A model generated the notes under the pieces. The model saw only the letters and a program-made list of their open reading frames with translations, was not told the DNA's origin and did not search any database. From Octopus vulgaris (lineage: Eukaryota): a stretch of DNA of 64,000 nucleotides. Where the stretch lies: contig OX597814.1 in assembly GCA_951406725.2 (NCBI GenBank), positions 75,454,001 to 75,518,000 of the forward strand, written 5' to 3'. How positions within the stretch are numbered: position 1 is the stretch's first letter; the number at the start of each line of letters is the position of its first letter. Positions 53,801 to 64,000 of this stretch are shown here, piece by piece. The translations under genes and the position numbers were made by a program.

Positions 53801-55149
53801 TTGCAGAGAAAGGGTCAAATTATTTAACTGACCTCAACTATGATATGATCTTATGGCCTTCTTCAATCAACTCTTGTCAACACTATGGTAAAGAGAAGTG
53901 ATATGAAAGGGCTTGCAAGTAATAAGAACTCCAATTCAGCACAAGGGTTTTTAAAAAACTCACAAAATTGATGATACTGAAATACATATTAGGGTTTGTT
54001 TTTTTTTAATTTATTTATTTTTTTTAAATGTGAATGCAAACTAAGATATTATATTGAATTGTTGATCCTGATGCATACAAGCGAACAGAATTTATTCTAC
54101 ATCAATTACTGAAAGTTGAATAATACATCAACTAGTATGTAGGCTTGATAGTGACAGATTAATGACCACATGAACTAGTTTCAAAGCTGAAACTAGTGGC
54201 AGATGGGTGTGACTTCTAGGAAATACAAACAACTTTGTTTACTTCTGCCTCCATTATTTCAGTAGAGTAGTTAATGTGCAGAAAGAATGTCTACAGATGA
54301 ACCAACTGTTCTACAAATAGGCAAATGTGAAGGAGGAGGAGGAGAGGAGGAGGAACAAAGAGGACGACAACAGAAAATACAGCATACATGTCATTAAACT
54401 AGTATTCAAAATTTCTTTCCCAAACAATTTTCTGTCTCAATGAAATGTTTCATAATAATCTTGGTGGATAAAATGGCATGATAGTTTCTATCATATTATT
54501 TTAGTACATCAAGCATTGATTAAGTTCTTTAATCTAACTGAAGAGTTGATGATGGAACATGACATAGGTGCAAATTGTTGCATTCCAGATTTGTACAACC
54601 CAAGCAATCATTGAAAAACATGTAAAAATGTTGTGAGGTCAATCTCAGTTTAATTAAGAAGTTCTGTTCAACATCTTACCTAATAAAAACTGAATGGAAT
54701 CTGATGTTTTCTTGTACACAATCATCAACTGCAATAGATAAAATGAGGAGAAATAAATATAAAGAGAAATCATTAAACACACTGAAGCAAGCAACATATA
54801 TGGACATTGTTTTAACAAATGACTAAATTCACTTTGCTCCCATGTATCAGACCAACATTTTGCTAAAGGTTAGAACCAGAAAAGAGTAATTAACCCTACT
54901 AAACAGCAATTAAACAGAACCTAAAACTACATATCAGAGATCAAACCAAAAGAAAAAAGATAACAGCCAACACTACAAAGTGCTCCAGCATGGACTTGTC
55001 CTGAATATCTACAATGAAGTTCAGGACCTGGGCACATACACATGTTCACACATTTATGCATATGCACAAATATGTATACAGGCACGCACACACATAACGG
55101 GAGTCAACAAAGATGGGAGACGACAATAAGTTCAATGGCAAATTTAGAT

Positions 55150-55330
55150 TACAGTTAGAAGTTTATCAGGGCCCAGTCCTAATTCCCTCTCTAGATTATT
55201 ATAATTCTCCAAACCATAACAGAAAAGTTTAAGACTGGCTGTCCATGTGAACTCCTGTATACTGATGATGATATTTTTATAGCACAATCTATTGAAGATT
55301 TGGAGAAGAAATTCCAAACATGGAAACACT
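55150..55330 (+). pseudogene. Old RTE RT fragment
   Basis: FKTGCPCELLYTDD..IAQSIEDLEKKFQTWK. Confidence 0.7.
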
Positions 55331-55838
55331 CATTGTTATCACTGCATTTACCCCTTACTTCCTCACCCCCTTGTCTCCCTTTCTCCCACTGATGTCTACC
55401 CGCAACCTCTCTGCCATCACAACACTCTCTTGTCTTCTCTCCTTGGTCCACCTCCATAACACTCAATTCCTTTCTTTCAGTGAACATTTGCCCCAAAGTA
55501 TCTCCAACTCTGTCAACCTCACTTTTATTTCACACAAATGGTGCCGAAAAAAATGCATCCATTACACTCAATAGAATGGTTACTGTTAGGAAGGGCATCC
55601 ATAAAAACCATGTCAAACTTGAAGTGTTTTGAGCAAAACATAGTCCCCTCATACAATTGGATCTGATGAACCAGCCAACTATTGGAAAGCAGATGTAAAA
55701 TTGATGATGATCACACACATGCACATTATGGTGTCCAGTGAATATGTCAGTCAGAAAGGCCATCAGTTTATTAAATGACACCTAAACAAGAATAGTGAAC
55801 AAATGTAAATACAAACTTTTTTTTTTCTGTTGATATTA

Positions 55839-58468
55839 AGGGCTATTAGACAAAAGAAACAAGCTTGGAAGGACTGGAAGAACGGTGGTAGCAGGGAAGT
55901 GTATCAGACTGCCAGAAGGGAAGCTAGGAGGCAGGTGTATTTAGCCAGAGGGGAAGCAGATAAGAAAAAAATTACCAATGTTCTGCGCCGTGAGGACGAA
56001 AGACTTGAGGTATTTCGTGTTGCAAGACAGTGTGTGAAAGAGAATTATGATGTGGTAGGAGAGAAATGTGTTCGCATGGATGATGGCTCACTTGCGCTAA
56101 ATGAGGATGCAAAGAGAGTGGTTTGGAGACACCACTATGAAAGGTTGCTGAATAAAGAAAATGCATGGGATAAAGAGAGTCTGCCCAATGTCGACCCAAC
56201 AGAGGGACCAGCTAGCCTTGTTGACAGTTCCTTGGTAATTGAGGCAATTAGAAGCATGAAGACAGGGAAAGTACCAGGCCCATCAAGAATTACTGCAGAG
56301 ATGCTCAAAATATCTGGCAGTGTTGGCTACAGCCTAGTTACCCATATAGTTAACCAGGGGATACACGAAGGAGCCATTCCCAATGACTGGTGTAGCAGCA
56401 TAATAGTTAACTGCTACAAAGATAAAGGTGACGCCCTAGATACAAATAATTACAGAGGTATCAAGCTGTTGGACCAGATAATGAAGGTTACGGAGAGGGT
56501 CATAGCCCAACTTATTAGGGAGAGAGTCCAACTTGGATGAGATGCAGTTTGGTTTCGTGCCAAGGAAAAGCACCACTGATGCCATATTTCTGGTAAGACA
56601 GCTGCAGGAGAAATACCTAGCCAAAGATAAGCCCCTGTGCCTGGTTTTCGTTGACTTGGAGAAAGCCTTCGACAGGGTCCCCCGATCCCTTATCTGGTTG
56701 TCAATGAGGAAACTAGGGATAGATGAATGGTTAGTGAGAGCTGTGCAAGCCATCTACAGGGACGCTGTAAGTAAGGTAAGGGTTTGCAACGTGTATACTG
56801 AAGAATTCAAGGTAGAGGTTGGGGTCCACCAGGGTTCAGTCCTCAGCCCCGTCCTATTTATCATAGTCCTCCAGGCAATTACGGAGGAATTCCAGTCAGG
56901 ATGCCTCTGGGAGCTCCTCTATGCTGATGACTTTGCCCTAATCGCTGAGTCACTATCAGAACTAGAAGAGAAGTTTCAAGTGTGGAAACAAGGATTAGAA
57001 TTGAAGGGCCTTAGAATAAACCTAGCTAAAACCAAAGTCCTAATAAGTAGGAACGCAGGCAAACCACAAATCCTTTCAGGTAGATGGCCCTGCTCAATCT
57101 GTAGTAGAGGCGTAGGTAGAAACTCTATAGACACATAAGAAGTGCAGCAATATCAAAGGAAGGCTAACTGGGAAGATAGTTTTTGTATGTGGCAAATGCT
57201 CAGGTGCTATAAACACTGAAAATGTGCAGAGAACAGCTTCTGTCACATTCCAGGGAGAAAAACTACAAGTAGTTGATAGCTTCCGTTACATAGGGGATCA
57301 AGTCAGTAGCAGGGGTGGATACTCTGAAAATGTAGTTGCTAGAATAAGAATAGCCTGGGCAAAGTTCAGAGAGCTCTTACCTCTGCTGGTGACAAAGAGC
57401 CTCTTGCTCAGAGTAAAAGGTAGACTGTATGATGCATGTGTACGAACAGCCATGCTACACGGCAGTGAAACATGGGCTGTGACTGCTGAGGATATGCGTA
57501 AGCTCGCAAGGAATGAAGCCAGTATGATCCAATGGATGTGTAATGTCAGTGTGCATACTCAACAGAGTGTAAGTACCTTGAGAGAAAAGTTGGACCTAAG
57601 AAGCATTAGATGTGGTGTGCAAGAGAGACAACTGCGTTGGTATGGACATGTGGTGAGAATGGATGAGGATAGCTGTGTGAAAAAGTGCCACACCCTAGCT
57701 GTTGAGGGAACCTGTGGAAGCGGTAGACCCAGGAAGACCTGGGATGAAGTGGTGAAGCATGACCTTCGAACATTAGGCCTCACCAAGGAAATGACAAGCG
57801 ACCGAGACCTTTGGAAATATGCTGTGCTCGAGAAGACCTGGCAAGCCAGATGAAACCATAACCCGTGGCCTATGCCAGGAGCATAACCGACCCACTTATG
57901 CGTAGCTTTTCCTTCTTTGGTCACTAGACTTTGCTTGTGAAGACCTCTTGTGGCAAGTGTAATCAAAATCATTTCGATGACTGGCATCCGTGCTAGCGGG
58001 GTGCAAAGAGCACCATACGAGTGTGATCGTTGACAGAAGGGCTATTTGAGTATGATCCATTACCAGCGTTGACTTACTGGCACTTATGTCTGTGCTAGTG
58101 GGGAACCAAGAACACCATCCGAGCGTGATCGTTGTGATCATTGCCAGAGCAGCCAACTGGCACTTAAAAAGGGCACCATTCGAGCGTGATCGTTACCAAC
58201 GTCACTTCACTGGCACCTGTGTCGGTGGCACGTGTAAAAGATTCGAGCGAGGTCATTGCCAGTACTGCCTGATTGGCCCCTGTGCATGTGGCATGTAAAA
58301 AGCACCCACTACACTCTCAGAGTGGTTGGCTTTAGGAAGGGCATCCAGCTGTAGAAACTCTGCCAGATCAAGACTGGAGCCTGGTGCAGCCATCTGGTTG
58401 CCAGCCCTCAGTCAAAACCGTCCAACCCATGCTAGCATGGAAAACAGACGTATGATGATGATGATGAT
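55839..58468 (+). mobile_element. RTE-clade LINE, 5'-truncated, with complete 3' UTR and (ATG)n tail
   Basis: ORFs 55830-56540, 56533-57138 (QFGF, DLEKAFDRV, GVHQGSVLSP, LYADD) and 57224-57853 (LRWYGHV, GRPRKTW); two frameshifts; same family as 35972-38530. Confidence 0.95.
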
Positions 58469-58819
58469 TAAGATGTGGGATATAACAAAAATTGGAATGC
58501 AGAAATGAAAGGAAAACTGAAAATATTAGGACAAAATCCTTGCTTTCATAAAATTTCTATTTTGTTTTCTGTAGTTTCTTTTACTGAACACACAAAAACA
58601 AAGAAATTTATATAAAATGAAGTGTAAGATACAGATGGTTATATAGATAAACTAAAACTGATTTAAAATATTTTATTTTAAAATTTATCAAGAATGTCAA
58701 AAAATGATAGCAGAAAACCAAATTTAACTAAAAACAATACTATGTTTAAATTTCAAATGATGAACAATTGCTTTCAAGAAATTAATTTTTTTTTCGAAGC
58801 CATAACCATCTATCACATT

Positions 58820-61570
58820 TCTAATGCACTTGTTAATATATCTGAATTTCTTCTTTTGGGTGGTTTCTTCTCCTTGGATAAATTTTTGCAGTTTGATTTT
58901 GCTAAGTATATTCTTTGTAACAGTGTTAAATGATTTTTGAAGTACAAGTTATTCTCACTACTAACTCTCCTGCTTCTCTGGAATTTATTTACATTGTGTT
59001 TTAAAGAAAACCAACTCAAAACATGCAACAAACCACTTGCAACTTAACTTGAGCTGAAACCAAAACAAACATTACAAACAGACTGCTGGCAATTGACTGA
59101 TGGCAAAATGTCCTCGCATCCTCCATTATGTGCAAAATAAATAGTCATAAAATTGCATAGAGAATTTATCCAAGTAGGTATCACATCCTCATGAAGTGAG
59201 AGAGAGAGGATAAGGACAGAAGGAGGGAAAAAAGAGAGTAAGTGGGATGGAGCAAAAAGAGAAAGACTGCTTAAGAGAAATTGAGTAAGATCTTAATTCA
59301 AGAGAGGATTCTAAGTAGATATTTTTTTTTTTTTTTTGGCATAGTAACTTTGATGACACAATATCAGAACAGTTTCAGACTGGGTAACAATAATGACTAG
59401 TTAGTTAGTATTGCAAGGCTCACACTAAAATGATTTCAATGTTCTAGTCTTTGTACCTAAGTGATAAGTAAACCAACTGTTATTTAAAAGTACACATACA
59501 CTTGTGGCTTGGGTATGTATCTGAGACATCATTCCAGCTGTTATCATGGTCACAGGGAATCAAAAATTGTCAGTTAAATGAGGTGTGAGATATGATGTTG
59601 GATTGATCTAATAAGGATGTGGATATAACTGCAGATTAAAATATAATTTTCAAATCTTTAAGTGTTTAATGGAACTGATAAAGACTGTGTATGATACCTA
59701 AAATTAAATCTAAACCCATAACATCTATGAACTGCTATCCAGCATAAATTCCACACAGCACCTTTTACTACTAAGCAAGCCACACATTCTATGCCTCTTT
59801 GAGACACAAATTTCCCAATCTTTGCCCATTGTCAACTTCTGCTCTGGCTACACTTTTTACTTCACTTTTAAGGGTGATGTTAGTGTCTGCATACACTCCA
59901 CTCTATCTGTCACATACATCTCTTACTTGGATATCTACAACAAAAACTTCCAATTACTTTGGTTTACATTCTTCCTCTCCCACTCCCCCAGATACATCTG
60001 CTTCCTCAATCACTCTCTGACTGTGTCAAGCCTCTAACAAATCTTGGCACTTCCTGTACTGAAGATATCAATCCCACTTCTACAAAGTTATTGCCCTCAG
60101 TAACTTGAACATTTACTACTCCTCCACTCCCAGAAACACACTATATTGATGCCATTGGTGCAGAAACCAAATTTTTTCCAAACTTCAACTCTCTAGGCCA
60201 ACTAGTTTTATCCTTGCATAGATACCTGACTGATGCACAAATGCCCCAAACACTCCTTATCTCATTCTCACCTACTAACCCAACCCCTATCAAACCATCA
60301 CCATCTCTGCACCAACCATTGCCTTATCATGGCTTCTCACTAGACATCAACACAATACACAATGCCCTCACCTACCTTCCATATGCTATGATACTTCAAG
60401 TCAGTGGAATAATTAGGGCTCTATTAACTATCTTTAAAAGTATATGCATTTCACTCCTGGCTTATCAGAAACAGATGTGCAGGTGGCAATATATCGGCAA
60501 TAAATTTCTCATCATGCCAAATACCTTGACACTATCATTGTCATGCTTTTATTTGCAGAGTAACACACTATGAAAAGTTTGTTTAAAGTTTTTATTTAAA
60601 GAATAAATGTGCCATATTTCATTAACAAAGAAAAGGTAAATTCTGCAATCTAGATTTTTAAATTTTTTTTTTAAAGTAAAAATGAACAATGAAGAAATGA
60701 ATTAATTGTCTAACTGCATCATTGGTGCAGAAAACCCACAGTGCAATAAGAAATAATAAGATAGAGCAGCAAGAATTCAATGCATCATCAATGAATATCA
60801 AAACCAAAGATACTGGATTATCTAAGAGTTATTGTACAGTATTTGTGTTTTTAGCATATTTCTTCTTCCTTTCAAATTAAAATAGTGTTATCTCTTACTG
60901 CATTATTCTGGGATTCAGTTCTATCTTTAAAATAGACTTTATTTATTTCTTTTTGCATATATATGGAGCAAATATGATAGTAATTTTTCTCTTCAAATTT
61001 CTCTTTCACTGTACAAGAAATAAGATGTATGAATTCTTCAAGTAGAAACCTTAATGCTTAGCAATGTATTTGCTACAGCTAAATAACATGACAAATTTAC
61101 CAGTGGTATATTGAATGGCAATGTAATTATCTTGCAATGAAATTGCTATGATGTATTTAAATGCAATGAATTAAAAAAGATGAATTTACTAAATAGTGAC
61201 AATATGCACAGGATCCCTGACAGGTGCTAGGACAATTCATTCCTAGTCAATATATTGCTAAGATCCAAGCTAGAATATTATCAGGTTATTTCATTCTGTT
61301 AGTCTGGTAATATTTGTTTTGTATTTCAGTTTAAATTATGTGCATGAAAAAAACAGTTGTTTTTAAACTCAAGTACTTGAGTAATGTCAAATCATGCAAT
61401 TCTCAGAGGGTTTTGAGCTGGTTTTCTTTGATGTGTATTGTAAATAAATTAGCACGCAATGTAAATAAATTCCAGAGATGTAAGAGAGATAGCAATGAAA
61501 ATAACTCATATATGAAAACTGCAGAAATTTATCCAAGAAGAAACCAGCCAGAAGACGAAATACAGAGATA
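58820..61570. repeat. Diverged inverted duplication: 58820-59075 (-) and 61310-61570 (+)
   Basis: Shared blocks gttttgag(c/t)tggttttcttt, caatgtaaataaattccagaga, aactgca(g/a)aaatttatccaag and gaagaaacca. Confidence 0.7.
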
Positions 61571-64000
61571 ACATGGAACATATCAGAAAGTGATAGTGAT
61601 AGCCAATTAATATTTTAAATGAAAACTATTTGTTAAAAGTAGCTGCTCAGGATCTGTAATTAAACACTTCATAGAATTTTTATTAACTTTAGGTTTTTTT
61701 TTATTGCCATGTCTTTTGTGCCCTTGATAAATTTTAAAGTATTTTAAATAAACAGATTTTAGTAGATTATATAGCTATCTATATTCAATACATGTCATTT
61801 TACATACATTTCTTTGTTGGTTGTAATGTACTTAATAAAATAAAGGGAAGAAGCTCAAGAAAATGAAACATTTTAAGAAAGTATGTTCTACCTAATACTT
61901 TTATTGTTTTGTCTTCATAAGAACATTAGAAATAGTTCTAACATCTTGATATCAACAGAAAGTTTGCATTTTTTAACATCAGTTCAATAGCTTGTTTAAA
62001 CACTATTTTATAACCTGGCTGCATTCTAACTTGGGTACTATGAATGAATTGATAAAAAAATTGCCTAGACATCAATTTGTCAAACTCTATAACTAATTCC
62101 ATCAGAGGTAGAAAGCTACAAATATTTGCAGAGGATATAGTCAGTGATAACAATCTTATTTTTTATCAATCCTGATGAGATGAAAGGCAACATCTATTCC
62201 AGCAAGATTTCAAGTAGTGACGCAATGGTACATACCTAAATACTACAATCTCTTTTGCTCACTCCTTGATGATAATGCAAAAAATTTTGAACAAAGATTT
62301 TTAAACCTAAAATATCTAATTTTTGTTGGTGATTTAGGTATGAATTTATTTATATATATATATATATATATATTGGTCTAATGTGTTGTTTTTTGTTTGA
62401 AATGGAAAGAAAGGCAGAAAGACTGAAGCAAGAATGATTAATATTTTGTTTGAAGACACAATAGCTATAATTTATGATTTATCCCTCAAGGAATTGGAGT
62501 GGATTAGTGCTTAGCTTTACAAAAGAAAGCATTATTGATACATTGTTACTGCAGTATCAAAAGCAACTTGCTTATGAAGTGAATTACACACTGTATGCTT
62601 CTATTAAAAGAGAAAACCGTTAAATTTTCGTGAGGGTATTACAACATCTATATACATAATTAGTTGCAATTAAGGAAGTGTTAATAAACCGGAATTGTTG
62701 ACTCCAGTACAGTGACATATGGACACACAGAATTAATTTCTAACAGTTTCTTTCTAACATAACAATTGGCTAAGTATTACTTGAATTATTCAAGAAATAT
62801 GTTAAAATGTAAATTTTCTTCAAGAAATATAATGGCTTCTTAGTTTCATAACCATGTTAAATTAATGAGAATAACATTTCCAGTAAATTTTTGAAGATTG
62901 CAAGGCAAGATATATTTCTACAAGATATAAGATCAAAGGAATTATTGTTATATTTAAACTTCTGCTTGTAATTAATTTCAGAATAAACTTTTCTCTGTAA
63001 CAGAAATTTACATTTGAGTTAGATTCATGATTAATGCACTGAGGATCATACCTGAAAATTGATTATCTGTTTGGTTTTGTTTTGTTTTTTTATCTATACA
63101 CTTACAACTGATGCATATAAATATATACAGATATGTTCACTAACGTTGTATTCAAATTCTTTGGTGGAGATGTGAATTCACACATGCTCATGCATACAAA
63201 TGTATAAAAGGACATAAAATTATGCAAACACACACTTTCAGGAAACACTCCTTCCTTCTTAAAACATTTGGAATATATATATTTATGTATGCAAGCATAA
63301 CAAAGTGTACATTAAAACAGAGGTAGTGGCAATATTTGGGACATACAACATATATCTATATCTAGACTTTTAACCCATGCTATCCCTGGTGGTCTTCTCC
63401 AGCTGCCCCTTTCATCTATTCAAATCATCCTATCTCTGTTGCATCCATTGCTATTCACTGTACCATGTCACTTGTGTAATAAGGGAAAACTGGATCTAGT
63501 GATACTCACACTACCATCCATATCTCTCAGTACTCTCTTCCACCCATCACATGATTGAGTAAATAAGAAAGTGCATTGTATGTTAGTATCTGATACTGTT
63601 CTCTTGAATTCATTACTCGCTCTCCCTCAATCTACTCTTTTACTGATATCCATTAGTCTCCTAACATTACCATCTTGATTTTGATAATTCCCTCTCTCAT
63701 GCCAGTTACTATTACCTTGCCATCACCTCTACTTCTTTAAGCGATTTACTAGGGACATGTAACAAACACTCTTACCGCCAACACTTTCAAATGACAACCC
63801 ATCACTCATCCTCTCCCTTACTAGGAAGTATGTAGCTGCCATTACACACACACACACACACACTCTCTCTCTCTCTCTCTTGTTTCTCCTAGCAACTTCA
63901 CTCGTGATGATGTAATAAAATGTGCGCAGTACAATCAGTAAAGTGATGAAATGAGCAGAAACAATGAAGGGCTAAGAAGAGCCTTCAGTTTAGTTTTGTC

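Noticed and set aside
55835-58472. attaag as TSD of the second RTE
   Set aside because: Only 6 bp and overlapping element-derived bases at both ends.

Overview
AT-rich eukaryotic DNA with no host protein-coding gene that I can support. The (TA)n/(CA)n/(GA)n microsatellite density and the SINE/RTE repertoire suggest a coleoid cephalopod, probably Octopus (inference); the window is probably intronic or intergenic. It is mostly transposon debris: two 5'-truncated, frameshifted RTE LINEs plus older RTE fragments, a CR1/L2-type fragment, many tRNA-derived SINEs, an internally deleted piggyBac, several MITE families and Helentron/HINE-like elements. The most notable signal is RNA structure. Between 34.2 and 35.8 kb, four unrelated non-coding inserts sit in one (TA)n tract and carry five minimal type-I hammerhead ribozyme motifs. 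Two use the compensatory U3-A8 core, and one lies in a terminally redundant 362-nt unit resembling a retrozyme/circRNA copy. A separate palindromic Penelope-like insertion (28.9-30.0 kb, 14-bp TSD) joins a GIY-YIG remnant, a tRNA-like Pol III cassette and a hammerhead. All folds were read by eye; no activity is demonstrated.
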